From: Variovorax sp.
GTDB taxonomy: Bacteria > Pseudomonadota > Gammaproteobacteria > Burkholderiales > Burkholderiaceae_C
Direction: 5' to 3'
Length of the DNA: 45,223 nucleotides
NCBI GenBank assembly: GCA_028292285.1
Contig: JAQGMP010000137.1
Span: forward strand, 1-45,223
Under the pieces are notes generated by a model. It made no database searches, had not been told where the DNA came from, and worked only from the letters and a program-made list of their open reading frames with translations. Below are positions 9,562 to 19,146 of the stretch, in pieces (positions within the stretch are counted from its first letter, which is position 1; every line of letters starts with the position of its first letter). Made by a program: the position numbers and the translations under genes.

Positions 9562-11217
9562 TCAGCGCTGCAGTACGATGCCGGCCCGTTCGCGGTCCCA
9601 CACGGTATCGAGCGCGGCTTCCATGCGTTGCTTGAGTTTGAATTTCTCGATCTTCTGGTTGGTCGTCGCCGGCAGCTCGGACAACGACTCGACATAGCGG
9701 GGCACCATGAAGTAAGACATGTTGCGCGCGCAGTGCGCAATGAGCGCCTTCTCGTCCAACGTCGCGTTCGGTCGCAGTACGATCGACGCGCCCACCTCCT
9801 CGTCGCCGTCCGCTGTCTTTACCGGGAACACTGCGACGTTGGCGATGGCCGGGTGACTCATGATCACCTGTTCGACCTCGAAGGCCGAGATGTTCTCGCC
9901 GCGGCGGCGAATGCAGTCCTTCTTGCGGTCCACGAACCAGTAGTAGCCGTCGGCGTCGCAGCGCGCACGGTCGCCGGTGTGGAACCACTGATTGCGATGC
10001 GCGGCCAGCGTGGCCTCGGGCATCTTGTAGTAGCCGGTGGCTGCGCGCCAGGGCTCGTGACTGCGGATGACCAGCTCGCCGATCACGTCGGTTGCGCACT
10101 CGAAGTCGTCGTCGTCCACGATCCTGAATTCGAAGCCGCGCCGGGCCTTGCCGAGCGAGCCGAGTTTATCTGCCGGTGCGCCCGGCACGAATGCACTGAC
10201 CGTGCCGAAGTCCGACAGCCCGTAGTTGCTCATCGCCTTCAGGCCGAAGCGCTTTTCGAATGCGGGCACGAAGCCCGGCATCGGCGACATGCTGACAAGG
10301 CGCAGATCGTTCTCGGCATCGTCGGGCTGTGGCGCACGTGTCCACAAGAAGGTGGACATCGCACCGAGAAAATTCGTGATGGTGGCTCGCGACTGCCGGA
10401 TTTCGCCCCAGAAGCGCGAGGCCGAGAAACGCTCCGACAGCACGATCGAGCCGCCGCATATCAGTGCCGCGGCGCTTGCGGCCAGCAGCGCGTTGTTGTG
10501 AAAGAGCGGCAGGCACACATAGAAGATGTCGCTGTCGCGGTAGCCCTGTGCTTCCGCAGCGCCGGTACCGTAGGTGAGGGCGGCTGCATGCGAGAGCATG
10601 CTGGCCTTCGACGGGCCGGTGGTGCCGGAGGTGTACGAGAGCATCAGCAAGTCGGCGCATTTCAACTGCACATCGGGGGCGCCGTCGGGCGCCTCGTCGA
10701 TCAGCGCCGTGAAGTCGTGCGATGGCTTGCTGCATCGCAGCGTTGTCGCCGAGGTTGTTGCACCGTTTTTTCCGAGCACGATAACGCGCTGCACGGTGCC
10801 GAGCAAAGGCAGGATTTCTTCCAGCCGTTCAGCCAGTTCTTCGTCGACGATGGCGAGTACCGCATCGCCGTGCTCGAAGTAGTAGCGCAACAGGTCGCCG
10901 CGGGCGGCGGTGTTGATCGGCACCGCGACGGCGCCCAGCTTGCCGATGCCGAAGAAGATCGCGAGATGTTCGGCCGAGTTGCCGAGCAAGGTACCGATGT
11001 GCTGGCCCCGGCGGAAGCCGAGCCCATGCAGCGCATTCGCGACGCGGTTCGACAGCGTATCGAATTCGGCATAGGTCCAGCTTCGGCCCGTCGAGAGTTC
11101 GGTCAGGAAGACTTTGTCGCCACGGTCTCGACGCTGGCGGGCGAGCACCTGCGAAACCGTCAGCTCGCGCAACGCGAAAGTGTCGACTGCATAGCGCACC
11201 GAATCAGAATCAGTCAT
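9562..11217 (-). CDS. ATP-dependent acyl-CoA ligase (DitJ/CaiC-like), paralog of the ligase at 1-1078
   Basis: Start MTDSDS at 11217; YTSGTTGPSK, WFHTGD, DRKKDCIRRRGENIS, QKIEK. Confidence 0.93.
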   Translation of the reverse strand: MTDSDSVRYAVDTFALRELTVSQVLARQRRDRGDKVFLTELSTGRSWTYAEFDTLSNRVANALHGLGFRRGQHIGTLLGNSAEHLAIFFGIGKLGAVAVPINTAARGDLLRYYFEHGDAVLAIVDEELAERLEEILPLLGTVQRVIVLGKNGATTSATTLRCSKPSHDFTALIDEAPDGAPDVQLKCADLLMLSYTSGTTGPSKASMLSHAAALTYGTGAAEAQGYRDSDIFYVCLPLFHNNALLAASAAALICGGSIVLSERFSASRFWGEIRQSRATITNFLGAMSTFLWTRAPQPDDAENDLRLVSMSPMPGFVPAFEKRFGLKAMSNYGLSDFGTVSAFVPGAPADKLGSLGKARRGFEFRIVDDDDFECATDVIGELVIRSHEPWRAATGYYKMPEATLAAHRNQWFHTGDRARCDADGYYWFVDRKKDCIRRRGENISAFEVEQVIMSHPAIANVAVFPVKTADGDEEVGASIVLRPNATLDEKALIAHCARNMSYFMVPRYVESLSELPATTNQKIEKFKLKQRMEAALDTVWDRERAGIVLQR

Positions 11218-11227
11218 GGATGCGCAC

Positions 11228-11992
11228 TCAGGGCATGAAGGTGCCACCGTTGACGTCGAACACGGCACCGGTGACGAAGGACGATCCTTCGGAAGCAAGA
11301 AACGCGACCACCGAGGCGATCTCTTCCGGCTCGCCGTAGCGCCCGAGCGGCACGCTGCGGGTGAAGGCAGCACGCACCTCGGGCGAGGAGCCGGCGGTCA
11401 TCGCGCTGTTGATCGGACCGGGCGCGACACAGTTTGCGGTGATGTTGTCGGCAGCACCTTCGAGCGCGGCGATGCGCGTGAAGCCGATCATCCCGGTCTT
11501 GGTCGCCGCATAGTGCGCGCTTGCCACCGGTGAGGCGGTGCGCCCGCCGCGCGACGAGATGTTGATGATGCGGCCCCACTTGTGTCGGCGCATCAAGGGC
11601 AGGGCGAGCTGGCAAAAGATGAAGGGTGCTGTCAGATTGATCGCGAGCACTTCTTGCCACTGGGCCGAGGGGATCTGCTCGATCATCCATTTGCCACCAT
11701 CCTTCTTGGGATGAATGCCGGCGTTGTTGACAAGGATGTCGCAGCGGCCGTGCGCCTTTTCGACGCTCTGCATCGCACTGCGGATCTGTGCCTCGTCGGA
11801 CACGTCGCAGACGATGGCCTGGGTGCGCTCCTTGTCCAGCCCGGCTGCAATGCTCTGGATTGCGGCCGAACGATCGAGCATCACGGTGAAGAAGCCGTCG
11901 GCGACGAACTGCTTCGCGATGGCAAGTCCGATGCCGCTGGCTGCGCCCGTCACGAGAACGATGCGGTCCTGTGCGAGGTTCCGGGTTGTCAT
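11228..11992 (-). CDS. SDR (3-oxoacyl reductase-like)
   Basis: Start overlaps the upstream stop; TGAASGIG, NNAGIHPK, YAATK, PLGRYG, VNGG. Confidence 0.92.
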   Translation of the reverse strand: MTTRNLAQDRIVLVTGAASGIGLAIAKQFVADGFFTVMLDRSAAIQSIAAGLDKERTQAIVCDVSDEAQIRSAMQSVEKAHGRCDILVNNAGIHPKKDGGKWMIEQIPSAQWQEVLAINLTAPFIFCQLALPLMRRHKWGRIINISSRGGRTASPVASAHYAATKTGMIGFTRIAALEGAADNITANCVAPGPINSAMTAGSSPEVRAAFTRSVPLGRYGEPEEIASVVAFLASEGSSFVTGAVFDVNGGTFMP

Positions 11993-13080
11993 GGTGCGAC
12001 CAACGCCAGTTCGGCCGGCAGCCGGTAGGCCCGCACGGCGCTGCCGGCGAACATGTCGGCCTTCTCGCTTTCGGAGAAACCTTCGGTCATGCGCTTGAAG
12101 GTGTTCCACATGACGCGGTAAGTACAGCAGGACTTGTCGACCGGAAAATTGCTTTCGAACATCGCGCGCGACGGGCCGAAAGCCTCGATGCAAGTCTGCA
12201 CATAGGGGCCCCATGCCTTGGCCAGTTCTTCGGAAGTCGGTGGCAAGGCGCGTTCATGAAAGTCGAAGCCACCCAGTCGCATGCCGATGCCGCCGAGCTT
12301 GACGGTGACGTTCGGCCGCTGCGCGAGAGCCTGGATAGAGGCCTTCCAGGTCTTGAAGACTTCTGCGCTTTTTGATGCATAGGGGCCGAGCCCGGCGCGT
12401 CCGCCGAGATGGTTGAGTACCACCGGCGTGTCGGGCACGGCATCGATCAGGTCGATGAGCTGCGGCAGCTGCGGGTGATACATCCAGGCATCGAAGCTCA
12501 GGCCCATTCGACCGAGCACGGCATAGCCTTCACGAAACTTCGCATCGAGCAGCAGATCTTTCGGCGGCGGACGCAGCAGCGAGCTCACTTCGGGACTCGC
12601 GTCCCAGGCCGCCATGTGCCGAATGCCGCGAAACCGCTCGGGTGCGCGGGCCACGCAGGCTGCAAGCACCTCTTCGGCGAAGCTGCCGAGCATGAGGTCG
12701 ACCTTGCCGACAATGCCGGCGCAGGCGCGCACCGCGCCGTACACGCCGCTCGCGCTCATCGCTGCGATGCCGTTGACGAACTCCACTTCTCCGACACTCG
12801 CAAAGCGCGGATCGCCGTCGGCGCGGTACATCGAACTGCATTCGGCGAAGACGGTGCCGCGGATGTGGTGGCCGGTGTTGAGGTCGGCCAGCAAGTCGGG
12901 CAGCAAATAGCGGTGGTGCGGTCGATCCCACAGGTGGTGGTGCGGATCGACGATCGGGCGGGCGGCATCGAGCACGGGCTCGTCGCGCAGCGCCAACCAG
13001 TCGTTGTCGATGAAATGATGCGGGGGCGCACCGCGCCGCTTCGCGTTGTCGGAGACGTCGTGGTTATGGTCTGAACTCAT
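11989..13080 (-). CDS. Amidohydrolase family 2 protein (lactonase/hydrolase-like)
   Basis: PIVDPHHHLWD metal motif, FRGIRH, VVLNHLGG, MFESNFPVDK. Confidence 0.88.
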   Translation of the reverse strand: MSSDHNHDVSDNAKRRGAPPHHFIDNDWLALRDEPVLDAARPIVDPHHHLWDRPHHRYLLPDLLADLNTGHHIRGTVFAECSSMYRADGDPRFASVGEVEFVNGIAAMSASGVYGAVRACAGIVGKVDLMLGSFAEEVLAACVARAPERFRGIRHMAAWDASPEVSSLLRPPPKDLLLDAKFREGYAVLGRMGLSFDAWMYHPQLPQLIDLIDAVPDTPVVLNHLGGRAGLGPYASKSAEVFKTWKASIQALAQRPNVTVKLGGIGMRLGGFDFHERALPPTSEELAKAWGPYVQTCIEAFGPSRAMFESNFPVDKSCCTYRVMWNTFKRMTEGFSESEKADMFAGSAVRAYRLPAELALVAP

Positions 13081-13108
13081 GGGATGTCCTTGGATGTCGC
13101 GTCGGGCG

Positions 13109-13873
13109 TCAGCACATGTAGGTGCCGCCGTTGACATCGATCACGGTGCCGGTGAGGTAGCCGGAGTGCTCCGATAGCAGGAATTCGACGACGTGGCCAA
13201 TCTCGTCCGGCGTGCCGATACGGCCGACCGGAATGCGGCCGACCAGCATGGCGCGTTGCGCGTCGCTGCCTTGACTTGTCATGGGCGATTCGATGCGACC
13301 TGGCGCGATGCAGTTGGCGGTAACGCCGTCGCCCGCCACCTCGGAGGCGATGATTCGCGTCATGCCGATCATCCCGGCCTTGGCGGCTGCGTAGTGGATG
13401 CCGGCGGTGTCCACCAGCGTGCGGCCCGCGCGGGACGACATGTTGACGATGCGGCCCCATTTCCCTCGCCGCATCAGCGGTGCCACTTCGCGGCACAGCA
13501 CGAAGGCGGCTGTCAGGTTGATGCCGATCACCTCGTTCCATTGGGGAGTCGTCATCTTCAGGAAGCTGTTGCGTTCGCCGTCGATCTTCGGGTGGATGCC
13601 GGCGTTGTTGACCAGAATGTCGAAGCGGCCGTATTCGGCGTCGACACCGGCCACCATGCGCCGCACCGCGTCTTCGTCGGCGATGTCCAGCACCACGGCT
13701 TGCACTTTCAGACCCTCTGCGCGCAGGCCCGAAGCCACCGCCTCGACTTGCGGCGCGCGATCGATGGCGACCACCTGGTAGCCCGCGCGCGCCAGTCGTT
13801 GCGCGATGCCGAGGCCGAGCCCGCCCGCGGCGCCCGTGACGGCCGCGACACGGGTTTGCTGATTGCTCTGCAT
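13109..13873 (-). CDS. SDR (3-oxoacyl reductase-like)
   Basis: GGAG SD before MQSNQ; TGAAGGLG, NNAGIHPK, YAAAK, VNGG. Confidence 0.92.
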   Translation of the reverse strand: MQSNQQTRVAAVTGAAGGLGLGIAQRLARAGYQVVAIDRAPQVEAVASGLRAEGLKVQAVVLDIADEDAVRRMVAGVDAEYGRFDILVNNAGIHPKIDGERNSFLKMTTPQWNEVIGINLTAAFVLCREVAPLMRRGKWGRIVNMSSRAGRTLVDTAGIHYAAAKAGMIGMTRIIASEVAGDGVTANCIAPGRIESPMTSQGSDAQRAMLVGRIPVGRIGTPDEIGHVVEFLLSEHSGYLTGTVIDVNGGTYMC

Positions 13874-13904
13874 GTGTGATGTCTCCATGAAGTTCCGTCG
13901 AGGA

Positions 13905-14924
13905 TCAGACCGTGCCGACGGGCATCGGCGGCGAGCCGACCAGGCCGGGCAACCGCAACGGCGGTGCGGTCAGAAGGAAACGGCTGCGTTTGTGCTGGCG
14001 CAGCCAAGGCCCCAGTTCGCCGAAGTACCAGATCTCGCCAAGAAAGATGCCGAGCTTGAAGATGCAGTGCTCGTGCAGCGGCATCATCGAGTGCTTGGGG
14101 CCGCCGCCCGCGGCCGCTGCGCTGCCGACGGCCTCGACACCGAGGTTGTCGGCGCATATCGCAACCAGGCCGCTGTCGGTGATCCAGTTGAGCAACGCGT
14201 TGTCCTTGCCATCGAGCACCGCGCACGAGCGTTTGAGGCGGTCGAAGTCGGGCTGCTTGTTCATGCCGAGCACCAGGTCGGCCCAGCCGGTATAGAGGCA
14301 CATGAAGTCGCCCGGCTCGACGGTGGCCTTCTGGCCTTCGAGCACGCGCATCAGCCCGTCGTAGCCGACCTGCGCCGGCTCCTCGCCGTAGGCTGCCTGC
14401 AGGTCGACCATCACGCCACGGCCCTGCACACCGGTCTCGGCCAGCGACTCCATTCCGAGTTTGAGGGCGAAGGGGCCGCCCTTCTGGTCGGCGCCGAGCA
14501 CGTGCTCGCCGCCACGCCAGCCGTTGTAGTAGACGACCTCTGGCGTGCCGTCGCCATCGGCGTCGAATTCCTGGCCCCAATGCGCGAGCGAGTCCCACTG
14601 CGATGAGTACTGCGTCCATATGGTGACCGCGTCGTCCGACACCACGTCGAAGAGCGAGTGGTTCTGACACGAGAAGCAGAAGTTGTAGCTGAGCTCCCCG
14701 GTGGCGCGGCGCGTGGCCTCGATGCGCGGTGCGCGCCGGCTCGGCACCAAGTCGCCGCCACCCGGATAGTCCAGTGGCAAGCTCAGCGAGAAGGCCAGGC
14801 CTTCGGTGACTTCGCGCACCGCCGCGAGCCGCCGCGCCGGCGTGATGAGGTTCATTCGGCCGACCTGATCGTCGTCGCCGAAATCGCCCCAGTTGGCGCC
14901 CTCGGGCCTGTTTTTCCATCGCAT
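13905..14924 (-). CDS. Cyclase-family metal-dependent hydrolase (kynurenine formamidase-like fold)
   Basis: AGGAG SD; NWGDFGDDDQVGRMN, QYSSQWDSLAH, GRGVMVDL, ADNLGVE, LGEIW, GSPPMP. Confidence 0.85.
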   Translation of the reverse strand: MRWKNRPEGANWGDFGDDDQVGRMNLITPARRLAAVREVTEGLAFSLSLPLDYPGGGDLVPSRRAPRIEATRRATGELSYNFCFSCQNHSLFDVVSDDAVTIWTQYSSQWDSLAHWGQEFDADGDGTPEVVYYNGWRGGEHVLGADQKGGPFALKLGMESLAETGVQGRGVMVDLQAAYGEEPAQVGYDGLMRVLEGQKATVEPGDFMCLYTGWADLVLGMNKQPDFDRLKRSCAVLDGKDNALLNWITDSGLVAICADNLGVEAVGSAAAAGGGPKHSMMPLHEHCIFKLGIFLGEIWYFGELGPWLRQHKRSRFLLTAPPLRLPGLVGSPPMPVGTV

Positions 14925-14972
14925 GGTTTGTCTCCTTTTGCTTTGGCGTTCGAGTATAGACATCGTGCTAGT

Positions 14973-14987
14973 ATTGGTCCATCCATT
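14973..14987. promoter_or_regulatory. Putative FadR/GntR operator (reverse strand reads AATGGATGGACCAAT)
   Basis: Palindrome variant in the divergent cyclase/thiolase intergenic region; minus-strand TATACT -10-like element at 14953-14958. Confidence 0.68.
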
Positions 14988-15037
14988 TAACAATCCGATA
15001 TTTAGATGCGCCTGCGGCCATCGCGAGGGGACAAGGC

Positions 15038-16219
15038 ATGACGGACAGATCACTGCGGGGACGCGTTGCCATCGTCGGCATCGGCGAAACCACTTACTAC
15101 AAGCACAGCCAGTCGCCCGACGCCGAGTTCAAGCTCGCGCTGAAAGCGGTGCTGGCCGCCTCGAAGGACGCCGGCATCGATCCGCGCGACATCGACGGCT
15201 TCGCGTCGTATTCGAACGATCGCACCGACCCTTCCCGTTTGTCGGCCGCACTCGGTACCAAGCAGCTTCGTTCGACCACGATGCAATGGGGTGGCGGCGG
15301 TGGCGGCAACTGCGGTGCGGTGGCCAATGGCGCAGCAGCGGTCGCCTCCGGTCTGGCCGATTGCGTGGTGGCCTACCGTGCACTGGCGCAAGGGGAGTTC
15401 GGCCGCTTCGGCAAGGCGCCGACCGCGCCCACCATCGCGGGAGATATGGCTTACCAGGCGCCCTATGGCGTGCTGTCGCCAGGACAGAAATTTGCGATGA
15501 AGGCACGCCGTTTCATGCACGAGCACGGCGTGAAGCAGGAGGCCCTCCGCGCGATCGCGATGGCTTCCTACCATCACGCACAGTCGAATCCGCGGGCGGT
15601 GATGTACGGCAAGCCGCTGAGCGAGGCCAAGTACGATGATTCGCGCTGGATCGTCGAGCCCTTCCATTTGTTCGACTGCTGCATGGAGAACGACGGCGCG
15701 GCGGCGGTGATCATCGTGCCGGCGGAGCGTGCCAAGGACTTTCCGAACAAGCCGGTGTACGTGCTCGGCGCAGCCACCGGGTCCGACCACCGCGTGGGTG
15801 CCAATGCGCACAACCAGCCGAACTACGGCAGCTCGAGCTTTTCTACCGTGGCGCCCAACATGTTCCGCATGGCCGGCCTCGGCCCGAAGGACGTTGGCGT
15901 GGTGCAAAGCTATGAGAACTTTACCGGCGGCGTGTTGATGGCGTTGGCCGAGCACGGCTTCTTCGAGCCTGAGGAGGCCAACGATTTCCTCAAGCTTGAA
16001 AACCTGATCGCACCGAACGGGAAGATGCCGCTCAATACCAGCGGTGGCAATCTCGCGGAGTGCTACATGCACGGCTTCGAGCTGGTGCTCGAGGCCGTGC
16101 GTCAGGTGCGCGGCACCTCGACCGCGCAGGCGCCGCGCAGCGACGTGGCACTCGTCATCGGCGGCCCGATGGTCACGCCGGTGAGCAATCTTCTTCTGGG
16201 ATCGGAGGCAACGCTGTGA
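15038..16219 (+). CDS. Thiolase-fold protein, Ltp2/SCP-x-like (probable acyl-CoA retro-aldolase)
   Basis: VAIVGIGET, Gly-rich WGGGGGG at the usual nucleophile loop, HAQSNPRA, DCCMENDGA, YENFT, NTSGGNLAECYMHG, EAVRQVRG. Confidence 0.88.
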   Translation: MTDRSLRGRVAIVGIGETTYYKHSQSPDAEFKLALKAVLAASKDAGIDPRDIDGFASYSNDRTDPSRLSAALGTKQLRSTTMQWGGGGGGNCGAVANGAAAVASGLADCVVAYRALAQGEFGRFGKAPTAPTIAGDMAYQAPYGVLSPGQKFAMKARRFMHEHGVKQEALRAIAMASYHHAQSNPRAVMYGKPLSEAKYDDSRWIVEPFHLFDCCMENDGAAAVIIVPAERAKDFPNKPVYVLGAATGSDHRVGANAHNQPNYGSSSFSTVAPNMFRMAGLGPKDVGVVQSYENFTGGVLMALAEHGFFEPEEANDFLKLENLIAPNGKMPLNTSGGNLAECYMHGFELVLEAVRQVRGTSTAQAPRSDVALVIGGPMVTPVSNLLLGSEATL

Positions 16220-16692
16220 CCCCAAACGACCAGGTTTCGATCACCGAAGAATCCTATCTGCCGGCCGGCTTGCCGATTCCGGTTCCCGAGGCAGACGGCC
16301 TGTCGGCACCGTTCTGGAACGGGCTGCGCGAGAACCGCGTGATGGTCCAGCACTGCAAGGAATGCGGAACCTTTCAGCACGGCCCCGAGTGGATCTGCCA
16401 CCACTGCCATGCCTTCGATCCGCCGTTCGATCAGGTGGCGCCGCGTGCGCGCATTTTCAGCTGGGAGCGCGCATGGCATCCGGTGCACGCGTGCCTGAAC
16501 GGACACGGTCCCTATGTCGTCGTAGTAGTCGAGCTGATGGGCGCGCCGGGCGTGCGCATGCTCGGCAATCTGCTGGGCGACCCGATGGCAGACGTCGTGA
16601 TCGGTGCCGAGGTGGAGGGCGTGTTCGAGCATCATCCGCAAGCGGCGCCACCGTTCACGCTGCTGCAGTGGCGCTACACGAAGTCGAAATAA
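16216..16692 (+). CDS. DUF35 Zn-ribbon/OB-fold protein
   Basis: GTG overlaps the thiolase stop; PFWNGL, CKECG..CHHC Zn ribbon, PYVVVVVEL, RMLGNL. Confidence 0.88.
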   Translation: MTPNDQVSITEESYLPAGLPIPVPEADGLSAPFWNGLRENRVMVQHCKECGTFQHGPEWICHHCHAFDPPFDQVAPRARIFSWERAWHPVHACLNGHGPYVVVVVELMGAPGVRMLGNLLGDPMADVVIGAEVEGVFEHHPQAAPPFTLLQWRYTKSK

Positions 16693-16750
16693 GGACCGAC
16701 GCGTAACGGAGCGGAAGGCCGAAGCGGAAGGCCGGCGGCGGTTGGCGACG

Positions 16751-17977
16751 TCAGGCGGTGTGCGCCGCGAGCGCGCGCCGATGCAGCGCGGTAGCGAATC
16801 CCCAACCTGCGAGCGGCAAGACAAGTCCTGCGGCGATCAGCATCGGTACGAAGCCCAGGTGATCGATGGTCCAGCCCGACACCGATACGCCGAGGGCTTG
16901 ACCCGAGAAAAGGCAGAAAGCGAACAGTGCGACCGAGGTGCCGCGCATGGCCGGCGCCATCTGCGTGGCATGGGTCTGCAGCGTGTTGTGGAAAAGGTAG
17001 GTGCCGAAGCCCAGGCACAGGGCGATCGGCGCCGCGGCGATCCACACCGGCGAAAGCCACAAGAGCAAAAAACAGGAGCCCATCAGCACGCCACCGGCAA
17101 AGGCCATGCGGCGCTCTCCGAGTGCCGCCACGATGCGCCGCGCGGTGATCGCATAGACCAGGCCTCCGACGGCATAGAGCGCGAGCAGCGCAGAAGCCGT
17201 CGACAGCGCCACGCCGTGGCGGTGCTGCAGGTAGGCCGGCAGGTAGCTCATCGGTCCAAGTAGAAAGATGCCTTCGGCTCCCACCGAGACCAGCACCGCG
17301 CGCGCCCACGGCACCCGCAACACCGCCACCAGTTGTGCCACGAAGGCCGGGTGCGCCGACCCGTCGGCGCGTGCCGGCACCGGCGCATGCCGTACGCGCG
17401 CTACGAGCAGTGATCCGACGCAAGTGAATCCGACGGCCAGCGTGAGAAATGCGCCGCGCCAGCCGGGCACCGAGTCGGCGAAAAGACCGCCCGCGAGTTG
17501 GCCGGCCGTCATGCCCGACAGCGTGCCGGTGAGGAATCGGGCGAGGGTCGCCTGCCGCTGCTCGTACGGCACGTTGTCGCCGATCCAGGCCATCGCCAGC
17601 GGGATGATGCCCGCGGCGGCCATGCCCCATGCGATGCGCGCGCCGACCAGCGAGCCGAAGCCCGGTGCCAGCGCCGATGCCGCCGAGCCCGCTGCGCAGC
17701 CGAACATGGCAATGCACATCAGGCGTGTCTTGCCGTAGCGGTCGCCCAGAGGTCCGAACACCAATTGCATCCCGCCGTAGGCGACCGAAAAGCCGATCAC
17801 CACCTGACCTGCCTGGCCGGGACTGATGTCGAAATCACGCGCCAGCCGCGGCAACAGCGAATCGCAAATGCGCAGCGCAGCGCCGCTGAAAAAGGCCGCA
17901 ACGGCCAGCAGTGTGACAGTGCTGCGTGTGTCTGTCGAAGCGTTCGGCGCTGGCGTTGGTGGCGTTGGCGGGCTCAC
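16751..17977 (-). CDS. MFS transporter
   Basis: GTG start overlaps the racemase stop; motif A GPLGDRYGKTR; about 12 hydrophobic segments. Confidence 0.88.
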   Translation of the reverse strand: MSPPTPPTPAPNASTDTRSTVTLLAVAAFFSGAALRICDSLLPRLARDFDISPGQAGQVVIGFSVAYGGMQLVFGPLGDRYGKTRLMCIAMFGCAAGSAASALAPGFGSLVGARIAWGMAAAGIIPLAMAWIGDNVPYEQRQATLARFLTGTLSGMTAGQLAGGLFADSVPGWRGAFLTLAVGFTCVGSLLVARVRHAPVPARADGSAHPAFVAQLVAVLRVPWARAVLVSVGAEGIFLLGPMSYLPAYLQHRHGVALSTASALLALYAVGGLVYAITARRIVAALGERRMAFAGGVLMGSCFLLLWLSPVWIAAAPIALCLGFGTYLFHNTLQTHATQMAPAMRGTSVALFAFCLFSGQALGVSVSGWTIDHLGFVPMLIAAGLVLPLAGWGFATALHRRALAAHTA

Positions 17978-19071
17978 ATCCAGCGCGCCAGCACATGGGC
18001 AGCGTCCACCGCCTCCTTGGGCGCCGGCCCCTGGATGGCCGAGGGCGTGCGCGAGAAACGCGGTGCCGGCGCCGGCTGGCGCACACCCTGCACGTCGACG
18101 AAGGCCTTGCGCGCGAGGTTGTGCGGATGGTCTGGCGCTTCGCTCAGCGGCACCACGGGCGCAAAGCAGACGTCCGTGCCTTCCAGCAGGGCGACCCACT
18201 CGGCCTGCGTCTTCGCGCGAAAGCTTTGCTCGAAGAACGCCCGCAGCTCGGGCCATCGCGCGCGCTCGGACTGCGCGTTGTGCAGCGCCTCGGGTACTTC
18301 GAGGCGGCGACAGATGTCGGCGAAGAATTGCGGCTCGATCGAGCCGATGCACACATGCTCGCCGTCCGACGTCTCGTACACGCCGTACCAGGGCGCGCCG
18401 CCGTCGAGCAGGTTGCTGCCGCGCTGTTCGTTGAAAACGCCGCGCAGGCCCTGGCTCACGAAATTGGTCATCAGTGAAATCACCCCGTCCGACATCGCAG
18501 CATCGACCACCTGGCCCTTGCCCGAGCGCTGCGCCTCGTGCAGCGCGGCCAGGATGCCGACGATGAGGTAGAGGCTGCCGCCGCCATAGTCGCCGACCAG
18601 GTTGAGCGGTGGCACGGGAGGGCCGCCCGCCGGCCCGATGGCATGCAGTGCGCCAGTGATCGAGATGTAGTTGATGTCGTGACCTGCCGCGTTGGCGAGC
18701 GGGCCTTCTTGCCCCCAGCCGGTCATGCGCCCGTATACCAGCCGCGGGTTGCGCGCTGCGACCACGTCGGGGCCGAGGCCGAGACGCTCCATCACGCCGG
18801 GGCGAAAACCTTCGATCAGGACGTCGGCCTTGTCGAGCAGTGTCAAAGCTTGTTCGCGCCCGGCCGGATCCTTCAGGTCGGCCAGCACCACGGTGCGGCC
18901 GCGGCCGGTGAGATTGCTGCGCTCACCGAGTTTTTTTCCTGGCCGGTCGATGCTGACCACGTCGGCGCCCATGTCTGACAAGAGCATGCAGGCGAAGGGA
19001 CCGGGGCCGATACCGGCGAACTCGACGACGCGAAGGCCCGACAACGGGCCGGTGGCTGAGAAATTGGACAT
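17974..19071 (-). CDS. CaiB/BaiF-family protein, alpha-methylacyl-CoA racemase (Mcr/AMACR)-like
   Basis: GPLSGLRVVEFAGIGPGP, GHDINY (His base) and NLVGDYGGG (Asp acid) motifs typical of AMACR; PAPAPRFSRT. Confidence 0.88.
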   Translation of the reverse strand: MSNFSATGPLSGLRVVEFAGIGPGPFACMLLSDMGADVVSIDRPGKKLGERSNLTGRGRTVVLADLKDPAGREQALTLLDKADVLIEGFRPGVMERLGLGPDVVAARNPRLVYGRMTGWGQEGPLANAAGHDINYISITGALHAIGPAGGPPVPPLNLVGDYGGGSLYLIVGILAALHEAQRSGKGQVVDAAMSDGVISLMTNFVSQGLRGVFNEQRGSNLLDGGAPWYGVYETSDGEHVCIGSIEPQFFADICRRLEVPEALHNAQSERARWPELRAFFEQSFRAKTQAEWVALLEGTDVCFAPVVPLSEAPDHPHNLARKAFVDVQGVRQPAPAPRFSRTPSAIQGPAPKEAVDAAHVLARWM

Positions 19072-19146
19072 GGCGAGTCTGCTTTCGGAAGAGGGTACGT
19101 GGGCGATGTGAGGGGAAGAGGCGAGAAAAAGCGAGGCCAGGAGGCT

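Noticed and set aside
16710-16734. 12-bp direct repeat AGCGGAAGGCCG x2 between convergent genes
   Set aside because: Only two copies, not seen elsewhere, with no mobile-element or CRISPR context.
17946-17973. GGCGTT/GGT repeats, and GAGCCC repeats near 32510
   Set aside because: They simply encode Pro/Thr- and Glu/Pro-rich terminal linkers.
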